DNA of 64,000 nt from Gnetum montanum (taxonomy: Eukaryota; Plantae; Gnetophyta), in the NCBI GenBank assembly GCA_015680685.1, contig MNCI01003034.1:20482-84481 (forward strand). Direction: 5' to 3'. Below the pieces are notes generated by a model. That model worked only from the letters and a program-made list of their open reading frames with translations. It made no database searches and had not been told where the DNA came from. Both the position numbers and the translations under genes were made by a program. Within the stretch, counting starts at the first letter, position 1. The number at the start of each line of letters is the position of its first letter. Below, one piece after another: positions 1 to 11,549 of this stretch.

Positions 1-2239
1 TAACTAAGAAGGATCCTTATAGATGACCAAAGCTCATGGTAATAGAGCCTTTGGATAGGAAATCTAGATGGGAATGAGTTGATTAACTTGGTCATCCATT
101 CCTATCTTAAACCATATTACATTAACATTAACCTATTTGCTCTTAATATTTGTTTTTTGGTGTTTGCAGATTCAAAAAAATATATCCTAGGAATGAACCT
201 TGTAAACTATGACAAGTGATTGTGCAAGCCATTCTCTCCTTGCTTTTAAAACATTGAAAATTCTACAAAAATCTAAAAATCTAATACATCATTCACAAAT
301 GTTGCCAGTTGTGTCTCATGGTGGCCAATGTTTTCTTGCTAATATCATGTTACCTCATATCTTCTCATGTTTCTTTGACTTGTTTTCTTGTCCTATTTTA
401 GCAATGTTTGTAGGATAAGCTAGGAATCATCATAGAGATGTAAATCATCATAATAGTAAGTTATCACATGATCTTTATACATGAGATTCAGTTAGCATAT
501 TTGACCATGCCAATGGTACTTTCTCCATATTCTTTATACTACCTCTTTTGAGCTATAACTATGCACCAACTTCAGCCTTTCATACCTTGCTTATGATGAA
601 AACCTATGTGTGACATTCTTGTATATTGGCCGTTTGATATACTTCACATTTTCAATCAATCAGCTCACTGAATCTCTAGATGCTTCATCCAACAAGATTA
701 CAAAAGTTTGGCCTTGGTAATGAAATCCAAAGAAGGATCACTTCCCAAAGAAAAATAGAAAAAATGGGGAGACAAACCAAGAGGCCAAAGTAGCCTATTA
801 TAAAGTAAACCAATGGCTTAAAAGAAGAAGAAGAAGAAGAAGAAGCCAAGTAGCCAAAGTAATTATTATAAAGTGCTAGTTTCTCCAAATCCAAGCATGT
901 ATAACTAGTAAACCAACTGCAAAGCATGAAGTCTCCATCAAAAAATGAGCACATCATTACACCATAGCAATGCTATTAATACATTTGGAATTATTAATTA
1001 GCATATTCAACCATTTTTAGATAAACATTTAGCCAAAATATTTTCCTCTTAACCCTTATCATTCCCATTTTAACATTTCCACACCATCATAGATAGTCCT
1101 TGACATGATTCGACATCAACAAAATCAAGTGTGAAGTGAGAAGTGTTGGTGAAGAAACTATGGCAGTGTTTTGGATTTTTTGTTGATCTCTTTCAAGTTA
1201 ATCTTCTAAACATCAAAAACTAGGAATCAATGAAACCCCTCAATGAAAAACTTAGTTGTAAATAGGGAGGCTTAGTATCCAAGGGAAAAACTTAAGTCCC
1301 TTTTATATAATTTTCCAATGTAATTCTAACTAGATTTAAAAATGAAAGAAATGCCTCAATTTCCCCTCAGAAATCTATGTTATAATCTTGTTTCACTAAA
1401 ATCCCAAAGAATTTTCAATATGTAAAGTATAATTCATGGCACAAAACATGAAAAATGCTATGGATTATGCTAGACCAGTGTAAGTTGAGTTAATGTTATA
1501 AAAGATGCTACCAGTTCTAGTGTAAATGATGTAAATACATTACATCTCTCTAGCATAAATGTCAACAATGTTGTGTAGAATGCTAGGAAAATTTTCAAAA
1601 TAGAGTCAACATGGAAACACCAAGTTGCAACCTATTTAAGCAAGAGATAGTATCTCTTTTAAGGAATTTGTATCTTTGAACTCTTTAGAACTTGAGATGT
1701 TTTGGAGTAGGAAAAGATATGAGAGATCATAGCCATTTTTCCCCAATTAGTCATCATTGAGAGAACTAGAAACCTATTGTAGCCTTCAGTTTGATGAAAA
1801 TCAAGTAGGCCAAACGCCTTTGGGATGGTCGTGGAACACACCTCACCCAATCGTGCACTAGATCTTCAACAAAAATTTCAAAGAGATTTCTAAAAGTCTT
1901 ATATTACACACTTTAAAAGCCATAAAGGCTCTTTGGTTTAAATTTTCTAAATTTACATTTTTCAGTATTAATACAAATTTGTAGTGTTTTGGTCACATTT
2001 CTTTTATTTTTTGCATTGTCTCTTGATTACTTCACAGATTTAATAATGAATCTATTACTCATATGTTATCACTTGTTTACATCATTTGTTTGAACCTGGT
2101 AACAACGTTTTAAGTTCTTAGGTAATTAACAAGACCACCTAATGTGTCTTAGGTCCTTCAATCCCATGGATCTTGAGGTTGAAACTATTTTGAATGAAGA
2201 TTTTCAGGTCCCCAACAACCAAATTTTTCCATTGTTACA
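1..2239 (+). mobile_element. 3' end of a Tat/Ogre-like Ty3/gypsy LTR retrotransposon (Tat0): integrase C-terminus, 3' UTR, PPT, 3' LTR
   Basis: 1-125 translates as degenerate (W)EGP..TKAHGN.AF..GNLDGNEL..L.HSYLKPYY, matching the integrase ends at ~22430-22554 and ~54800-54926. The pre-LTR region matches 23550-23616 and 56406-56472. LTR runs TGAAAC (1231) to TGTTACA (2239). Confidence 0.85.
1231..2239 (+). repeat. 3' LTR of Tat0
   Basis: Starts TGAAACCCC after a decayed PPT and ends TTTTCCATTGTTACA, the same terminus as the Tat2 LTR (TTTTCCATCGTTACA). TATA-like CCTATTTAAG at ~1631. Confidence 0.8.
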
Positions 2240-4229
2240 ACCTATAACAATGATTAACTAACAATGTCTACTAATTTAATAGTTAGAACTAACAACATAA
2301 TCCTTTATGGCCATATTGGATTTTAGGATTAGATGCCTAACTTATATGTATAGTTAGATCTAAGTTACTAACCCCTAGTTAGTTATTCATTACACTACCA
2401 GAGTTAATGTCCTAAGAGAGATAGAAAGGCCATTAGAAGTCTTGTAAGTATAGTCAAATTCATATTAACCTAATAAATCAAGAGGTTGAAGAATTAATTA
2501 GCATACTAGAAATACAAAAAAGATTTACATCAATCCAACAATCATCTAAATCATGCTGCTAGAGATCAACCATTATTGAAAATCATAATCTTGTCTTAAC
2601 AAGGCATATGATACCTATGAAAAGAAAGCAACTAGGAGATGTATATGTATGACTAACACACATTTGATCACTTATCCAACATGTTTAGATGTTAAAATTT
2701 ATCAAATATCTTACCTGATTAATAAAATTAGGAAAGATTAAAGTATAAGCTACTTCTAAGTTACACGAATCTTAACTTGGTGTCATTTATTCTCTATGGA
2801 TACTTCGGTGTGAAAGGTGGAAATGGTATTGATTAATTTCCAAAACATGAAATAGTGAAATAGCTTTTGAAAGGGAAACCATATTTCAAAAAGATGCTTC
2901 CATTCATTCATCATACTATTTCATTAGCTAGTACATACTCCACCTACTTTGAATTTTCAATAGATAAGTTGAATCCTAGCATTTGAGAATAGATTATGGT
3001 AATGGATAATGTTCATTAAGAGCCATAGTTCACCAATTATGTAGCCTTGATTATTGAAGATGGCTCAACATATTTCTTTATCAAGACCTTAGAATACAAC
3101 TATTATCATACCCAATTTGTTCAAGTTACTATGATATTAAAGTTAATTCCTAAAGAAGAAGTTGAGGAGCATGATCAAGGCTTATCATCCCAAACAAGGC
3201 CAACTAACCATATAGCCCTTATCATAGGACTAAAAATATATTTATTAATCTTCAAGGTTGATGAAAATTAGGTAATTTCTTAATTTACTTCTATTTCTTG
3301 TTTTATTTTTTATTTATTTAATTTATAATTTTAAACTAGGCAACTGAAATATGTTGGGTAATACAAGTTCAAAAAAAGGATTTACGCTACCTTCACTTGG
3401 GTAACCATAGATATGAGTTGCACTTTGTGTGAGCCTAATTAGAATTGATGATTTTTGATTGGTAGACCTTTAATTCACCTCTTTTCATTGCCTAGTGACT
3501 AAGGTAAACTATTTTAAAATAAGATTTATTTTTCCAAATATTTTTCTCACTTATATCTTTATTTTCAAAATACATAGGAGAACATTAAAATATTTAACCA
3601 TATTTCAAAATGAGAAAATAATAATTAGAGCATTTAAGGATGGAGCAAGCATTGAAGCATGGACAAAGATTAGATTATTAATGTAGACTCATTTGAGAAT
3701 GAATAAAAGCTAAGGAGGGTAGTTTGTCATGTTTCCATTTCACAAATGAAGTCATTATGTAACAAAGATGATGTTTCTACGCAAAAAATAATGTAATTAC
3801 TATAATAAGACTTGAAAGGACATGTTGTAATTATGAAATTTTCTCTTGACATAACCTTTGGAGATTTTTCTTGAGGCATTTATACAAGAGAATTAGAGGC
3901 CATGCTAGTAATGGTTTTGTAAAGCTAGTAAGGATGAGTAACCAGTGCTAGGTAAAGCAAGATAAGAAGATGACTAACCATCCCTTCTATCCAAGTACAC
4001 ACCTAATTATGATAGCAATTCTAGATTACCTCTAAGGAATGAATGTCGAAGAAAAATAACCCCAATGAACCCTTAGAGCATGACCTAGATACATTATTTT
4101 CATATTAATAAATTATTTTTGTTAGTCTCTTATTTAATTTTCCTTTTATATTATTTATGCATAATGTCAAATCTTACATATATTTAACATTTTCCATGAC
4201 ATCTAGAAGTGGGATGTCATAATTGCATT

Positions 4230-5480
4230 GGATTTTACTTCTTTTTCTTCTTGTTATCATTTTTGGTTTTGATTATTGATTTATTTTCTTTAAATATCAT
4301 TTTGAAGAACTTGTTAAAATTCTTTATCAAAATAGTTAATTCTTCTTCATTTATCTCATCTAATTTATCTTCCTCATAATATTTTGATATTTTCAAAGCT
4401 ATTTTTTCTTTTTGAAGATTTAATTCCTTCATCTTCTTGAAGAGAAAACTCATAAGATTTTAGGTTTCCTTAAAGTTCATCAACCCTCATTATATTTATG
4501 TCTCTCAGCTTAAGAATGATCATGGCCTTAGCATAAAATATTTTAAGAAGACTTTTTAAGAATTTGTGATACATTTTAACAGTTAGAACACTCTATCCCA
4601 AGTTCTTTAAGAGAATTAACCACTTTAGTAATTCTAAAGAAATTATTTTCAAATTATTCCTTCATGTTTGGATTCAAGAATTTTCAAATTTCTTTTCTAG
4701 TCTTATAATAATGAAATATATCAACTTATTTATGATATAACATAGAATAAAAAACATTCATAGCTTTGCATAAGCTACATGGACTCTCTTATTCTCATCT
4801 AGTTACTTACATTTTTGGGTTTGGTGTATGAATTTCCACTTAAAATTGTGGGTACTTTAGTAGGTTCTAAATATTCATTATTTACCAATAGTTAAATGCC
4901 AAATTTCATAGATTACAAGAAAAACCTTATCATTATTTCCAATATTTTTAGTTGACTCCATCAAGGAATGGAAGTTTGTGGAATGATTAATTAGTTGTAA
5001 CAGACATTGTAGAATAAGTGAAAACTCTTGAATGATGTTAGTCCAAATATCAAGACATCAAGCTCTAATACCAATTATGAATCCAAATGGACATCCTAGA
5101 GGGGGTGAATAGGATGTATTAAAAATTTAAAATGCATTCCATCATTAAATACAACTAGTAAACTTATAAAATATGAAATTAAATTTAATTAAACATACAT
5201 ATTATCCAAGTGCAATTAGAAAATTCATCAAATAAAATAAGGAAGAATACACTAAATTTATAGTTGTTTGACTTAGAGCTATTTTCACTTTGTAGGAACT
5301 ATTCTAGTATTCACTTTCTCTAGGCTCCCTTTAGCTCTTCAACTCCTTAAAGTACAACATTAACCTCAAAGTTTTCCAATCTTTCTTTGCTTAAAATGGA
5401 ATTTTAAGATCAAAATCCTCAAATCATATCATAATCTTGAAGAAAGAAGAATAAAATGATACACATAACAATATTATATA
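4230..5480 (-). mobile_element. SIRE-like Ty1/copia remnant (LTR end, tRNA-Met PBS, degenerate gag)
   Basis: Minus-strand TTGGTATTAGAGCT PBS at ~5061-5074, adjacent to the SIRE-type LTR end ATTCACCCCCTCTAGG. ORF 4235-4453 (KIALKISK..EEELTILIKNFNKFFK) is copia gag-like. The outer boundary is approximate. Confidence 0.7.
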
Positions 5481-5993
5481 GATCAACTTTCATCAAATAA
5501 CATTATTAAAATGGTAATAATACAATGCATAGAATATAGAGATCATTATACAAAATATAACATGTGAAAGATAAAAAATTAGATACATCACACATACATT
5601 GATCTTTTTGCTACTTCTCGATATATCATCATTGGTCCAATGATTCATCTTCTCCTCCCCTCTAATATCAAGATTCACAATGAATTAAAGAAAAATGAAA
5701 ATGGACGAATCTATTAATTCACATGCCCTTAATATAGATATATGTTTTCAACTTATGATAATCAAGAGTTAACTAGAGACTAAGGACAATCCATTTAAGA
5801 GCTATCATGTTGTTGATGATTATAGAGGGGATGATTGGTACATGAGGAGGTGATCCATTTGAGATCTAGAATGCATAGAAGGAATGACTAAGGGGATAAT
5901 CCATGATGAGATGATCCCTAACTAGGACCCAAAAAAACTATAAATTTTAATGATTCTTTCCATGCTTTAATGATTTAGTTTTTAGTTTCCAAT

Positions 5994-7310
5994 TGAAACA
6001 CCACCAAAAATGTATGTTATGATCTTCTTTACATTAAACCCGCGGCTCAAATTTCATTTCAAAATGTGAATATTGTAATCCAAGAGATGCAATTTCACAT
6101 ACGTTAGCTTTTGGGGCTGAAAAATTGCCTCATAAGTGGTTAAAGCCTCAATTCCCAAGTGGAAAAAACTATATCATGCCTATATTTGGGCTGTGTAGAA
6201 GGGAGGGGCGGGGGCGGTGGCTGGGGGTGGTAGGGAGGAGGGAGGGTTAAAAATGCCTTTTGGATTGCCAAAATTGGCATTTTGATGGGTTTTGTGAGGG
6301 GATATAACATTTACTACATTGGAGAAACCTGTTGCGGGGTATAACCCTACCTGTTTTGTTGAACTCCCCCCACCCCCCTCCCCCCTCCCAATGTGGGTGG
6401 AAGAAGCTAGTGTGGGTGAAATTCATATTTAATATTTTTAGTAAACAGAATGGCTTTGATGCCATGAGGGTATACAAACCTACCATAGATAGTAACCCTA
6501 CTAGATTCTTACACTTGCAACACTTGTACATGGTAGAATTCTATCAGCAATTAGGCAGAAATCTATAACAAAATTTATGGCCAAAAATTTATAAAAACCA
6601 AGCCCCAACACCATATAAGGGTTCCACAAATTTTGAAATTCCACAATTTTTTTTTTTGCATTCAAGAGCTTTGAAGAACCTGCAAACACAAAGTTGTGGA
6701 ATCACCCCAAAATGGAACTTTTAGCTATTACAACCATTATCATATTCCCTGAGATTATGTGGCATTTTGCACCAACGTTGAGCACTTTGGACATTAAGAC
6801 ACCTAGTGTGGCTCTCTTTGGTGCTCCAGAACTTGCACACATCTTACCCTCCTTAAATCATCAATGCTGTAGGTTTGTGAAGGAGAGTAGCAAGGTTCAA
6901 TAGCATTGGGCATTGTGAAAACTCTAGATTGTGGAGCTAACTATGACATTCAAAGCCACTGATTTCAATATACTCCAAACTCCCATCAAAGTGAGCCCTC
7001 CTACTTCTTTAGGCACATCTTGTATACATTTTTGGACTCTTTCTTTACTTTTGCAATAAATTTTAAAGTTCTTTTTTGTTGTGCAAGTTAGATTTATTTA
7101 TTTTTATTTCAAGGCATTTATTTTCAAAAATATGCATTATATTTTCATTTTTGTTATCTCTGTTTGACCCTCTCTAAGTCCATGAGTGATTTTTCGAACT
7201 ATCTAAGAAACCTCAGATCCTATTTTTTATGGAGGCACTTGGGATCCAAGGTTAGAGCTATTTCATTAGAATTTTTGGTTTTCTAGCAACTAAATTTTTT
7301 AGGCGTTACA
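5994..7310 (+). repeat. 5' LTR of Tat1
   Basis: TGAAACACC...GGCGTTACA, colinear with 23617-24986. Confidence 0.95.
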
Positions 7311-7316
7311 AATTTT

Positions 7317-7335
7317 TGGTGCTAGAAGGAGGGGC
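7317..7335 (+). promoter_or_regulatory. Primer binding site of Tat1
   Basis: TGGTGCTAGAAGGAGGGGC just after the LTR end (probably decayed TGGCGCTAGAAGGAGGG). The cognate tRNA was not determined. Confidence 0.75.
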
Positions 7336-9129
7336 TTTGTCCAAATTTTGCATCTAAGCCTATTGCCTATGTGCCAATGTTGCCTATAACTTGAAAATTT
7401 TAAAATTTCTAAAGCCTTTTTATACAAATTTTGTTAATGCCCTTTAGGCTATAAAATCAACATTGCCATTGATCCCCCTACTACCAAAACCCAACGTGGA
7501 GTTTGTAGGTAGTTTGGATTTTGAAAATCTTCACAATAGTTGCTAAAAGTTAAAATCCAACATTGGTGTCTTACCAAAACCTTTACCTCTTTTTCTGCAA
7601 AACATTTCTAGCAAGGCCAACATTGGTGATTCCATCATCCAAAGCCTCATATCCCCCTACTATGAAAATTTTCCAACAAGCCCAGCATTGGCAACTTGTT
7701 AACATCAATGCCTTTGAAAAAATAAATAAGTTTTCATTTTGTTTTTAGCCAAGAAAACATACTTGGAAAAAATAAATTCCCTCCACCCCCTCCCCCCACC
7801 CCCCAAAAAAAAATTCTATGAACAGAGGTGTAAGATTCTCCATCTTAACCCCCTTCCTCATTTCTAGCATTGGTGTTGTTGGCAAGACTAGTGTGGTTGG
7901 AGTTTTATATCCACCATTTTTGCATTTTTCTTAAGTAAAGGGGGTATATCCCCTTTAACAACCACTTACTCTTTATAGCTTGTAACCTTTAGCGGCCATC
8001 CTCCTTTGACATTCTATCAATTCATTTTACTGGAATTTCCATTTTTAACAATTAGTTTATCACTTCATCAAGCAAGCCATCTTTAACATTCTCATCATGT
8101 ATTTCCAATAATCAACCATATTACCCTTCAACTTCACCAATACTGGGTCCATCCAATAAGATTTAAGGATGTATGATCCTAAGGACCATGCCATGGTCAA
8201 GTGTAGACAATCTTTGAGACTTAGGAGGTGAAGTCCTAAGTTCTTGATAATAAATGAAGACCATCATAACTTCATTTATGTCAAGATTTAAGGTAGCATG
8301 CTAATTCCAAGGATGGAAGTAGAAGCAAAAAAGGAGTATGAGCTCATATAGTGTGATGGGAAGGAATACATTCCTTTCCCATATGACCAAATACCCCTCA
8401 TCGAAACCCATGCATGCATGCTATCTTAGTTAATTGAGATGGATGAGGAAGATGAAAAGGATAGCTATGATGAGTAGTAGGAGGAAGAGGATGCATTTAA
8501 GGTGGAGTCTAAACCTGAGAACCTCATAGGAAGGTTCTTTTAATAGTCAACCCCCAAGGCCATAGTGCCTACCTCCACCCCTTGCCTCTTCCATGGGATA
8601 GATGTTCAATCCTTGACCCCTTTCTATCCTACCATGTTTGGGCCCATGTCCATCATCATAGCACATCAAACAAAATTGGTGCCATAGCCTATGACTTTAA
8701 CTTCTCCTTGCCTTTCACTACACAACCTTAATCTATTCAGCCATCATTAGTGGTTTTCACCACCACCAATCCCTTAGCTACCTAGATGGGATCCATTGTG
8801 GGATCATAAGTAACCCAGGGATCACACACCTCTTTTATTCTATTTGTGCCCTAGATGCTAGCACAAGCATCTTTCTCTTTGTTCAGTCCACCAACCACTA
8901 TGATGAAATAACCTCTCCCCTTGATTCCACAATTGATACCAAGGTCATAGGCCTTTCAATAGATGTTGTTGCCTTTCACGTGGATTGCACAACTGACAAG
9001 GGTATCCCAAGGCCTAGATCAAGCCTTCTAGATGATCAAGGATCTAAATAAAGAGATAAAGAGGCTTAAAGCCTCTACATACTAGACTGTTAAGATTATG
9101 AACTTTTATCCAAATGATACCATTAGTCT

Positions 9130-10180
9130 TATGGTCCCACCACTAACTCTTCCTCTTGGTGTCCCCATATCATACTATACAAAGTACAATGGTGAAGATG
9201 ACCTGAAGTCTCACCTGAAGTCTCATCTTGTAACCTTCCACTTTGAGTGCTTATTATTATAATCTTGGCCACACACAATAACAGAAAAATTCCCTATGTC
9301 CCTTATGGGGAAGGCCCTTGACTAGTACTATGCCCTACCAAGAGGATCCATATCCTCTTTAGAAGACTTAATTTCATAATTTTTTAACCACTTCAAGTAC
9401 AAATTAAAGCCTGATACCATCCTTGATGAGCTAATGAAGGTCAAGTAAGAACCTATTAAATTGTTGTAAAAGTTCATCCAATGGTGGAATGATTTGCTCA
9501 ATGAGATACCGGAACCTACAGTTGAAACTCACCTTTTAGCTATATTCAAGGGGATGGTTAAAAATTTCTTCAAGTCAAAGTTGTACCACCTAGATCTGTG
9601 GTCCCTAAGTCAAGCCTTCTCCTAGATCAAAAACATTGAGGATGCTGTAGAGGCTAGCCATGAAATTACCTATGTGGCATAAAAAAATCAACATGTGCAA
9701 AAAGACAAGGAGAGGGAAAGAAAAAACAACATGGTAGTGGCAACTATAGCCAAAGAGGACAAGACAATCAACTAGGGGGCAAGGGCTAACCAACCCAAGA
9801 CCCCTACTAACAACCAACCCTCAACATCTAGGGCCTTTGCATCGACTACTCCAAGGTCCAAATTTGAGTGGAAAGATTGAATGAGATACACTAGACTACC
9901 TTTGAAACCATCCAAAGTTTTAGACCAACTATTGAAAAGTCAGAGGATACAATACAAGAAAATGACCAAGAATGCTCAAAAGAGGCATGATAGGCTATGT
10001 GAGATAGCCAAAGATCCCACTTGAGAAACCAAGAATAATCCTCAGGTGCCTAAGTATTTCAAGGTCAACCACTTTTCCACTATCATTAGTTGCTAGGTCA
10101 GGACACTAAATTTTTCCTTGCATTAAAGGATGACCTAAAAGATGATAGATATGGGTGAGCTAGTACTTGACGCATCTAAC
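9130..10180 (+). pseudogene. gag: Gag (retrotrans_gag core and His/Cys knuckle) of Tat1
   Basis: Degenerate TKYNGEDDLKSHL, (W)YYALPRGSISSLEDLI..FFNHFKY, and a knuckle-like YH..LGQDT..F.ALKDDL. Many stops. An acidic/Pro-rich N-terminal extension probably reaches back to ~8100. Confidence 0.85.
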
Positions 10181-10219
10181 TTGGTTCAACCTCAAAACTA
10201 GTCGATGCACATGTACAAA

Positions 10220-10530
10220 AACTCATTGAATGTCAATAATATCTTGTACACCATAGAAAAATTCAACATTAACCATGAATTGATGCATGTGAGGGAACCA
10301 TTAATGATTTAGATATCTCCTTACAATGAAATGGGCCATTCAGCTTCCACTAGCTCAAGGCCCTCCTTTGTTGTAAGGGAAGTAATTCCCCACAATTGCT
10401 GATTTCTTGATGGTAGAGGAAATACCAAGATTCAACCTTATCCTAGGATGACCTTGGTTGTCTTAATTATGAGTTGTATTTTTGCCTATCTATCAAGAAA
10501 TTCACCTCCCTCATTCATGGTGATAATGTG
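10220..10530 (+). pseudogene. Aspartic protease remnant of Tat1
   Basis: FPTIADFLMVEEIPRFNLILG*PWL..L.VVFLPIYQ is the ILGRPW motif of retroviral-type proteases. The catalytic DxG was not recognisable. Confidence 0.7.
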
Positions 10531-11056
10531 ATTCCCCTAGCAATTAATAATGTAGATGTAGAGCAGGGTTTTAAAGTGGAGTTTCATGAAGAAACATGTA
10601 GCCACAAAGCCAAGTAACCAAAGAAAGAAAATAAGGCTAAAGACAAGAATGATAGACCAAGGAATTTTCTTTGGGAAGAGCTCCCCTTTAACATTATTAG
10701 TGAAGGGGATGTGGAGTACAAGCTTGTGCAAAATAATCCATACACATGTCCTAATCTCTCAAAGATTAGGAAGCATTTACACAAGTGATGTACACCCTAA
10801 CCCTCATACTCTATGCACTTGTAGCCATGTAACCATATGTATTCATAGCTTGTTAGTCTAGTTTACATTTTAGCTTTTTATGTCATTTTGTTTACTTTAT
10901 GTTAAACTTTCTTTTATATATAGGCTAATAGTTTACTGTTGTTTTCACTTTCATTTATTTAAGTCTCTTCTTTCTTTCTTTTTAGCATGATATAAATATA
11001 AAAATCTTAAAATTAGAAAACTCATAAACAAAGGTTTTCCTTTGTACAATGTGGTC

Positions 11057-11181
11057 TTGCCATGACCTAAAATTGGCAAATGACATATGATCCACCATGT
11101 CCTAAAACTAGAAAACATTGCATTGCCTGCCATGACCTTAAGTTGGCAAATCCTATGGTCCACCATGGCCTTAAATTGGCA
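11057..11181 (+). repeat. Array of 4 or more hairpin units (33-35 bp period)
   Basis: TTGCCA-TGACCTAAAAT-TGGCAA, ACCA-TGTCCTAAAAC-TAG, TGCCA-TGACCTTAAGT-TGGCA, CCA-TGGCCTTAAAT-TGG. More decayed units extend to ~11400. Confidence 0.8.
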
Positions 11182-11549
11182 AAAATTATTTTGCCTTATT
11201 CTCATGTTAGCCTATAGCCTTATTACCTAGAAATTTCAACCTTTTATAGCATTAGAACTGAGATAGCCATCGTGACCTTGAACAACATTTATAACATTAA
11301 AATCGTAAAAATTGTAAAGCCATAATAAAATCATAACACTAGAATGATATAGCCAAAAATAAAACTTAAAATAAATTTACAATGTTTATAACATTAGTAT
11401 CCATAGTCATATTATGTGGAAAAATTTTCAATAATAATAATAATAAAACTAAGAGTATCTCCAACCAAAACATTAGTTAACACTAGCCATTGACATCAAC
11501 AACATTAATGATCATCAATAAGAAATTAACTGGAAGTGGGAAACTGGTG

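Noticed and set aside
2240-4200. Possible gypsy integrase/chromodomain and LTR remnant
   Set aside because: Too decayed to support any motif call by eye.
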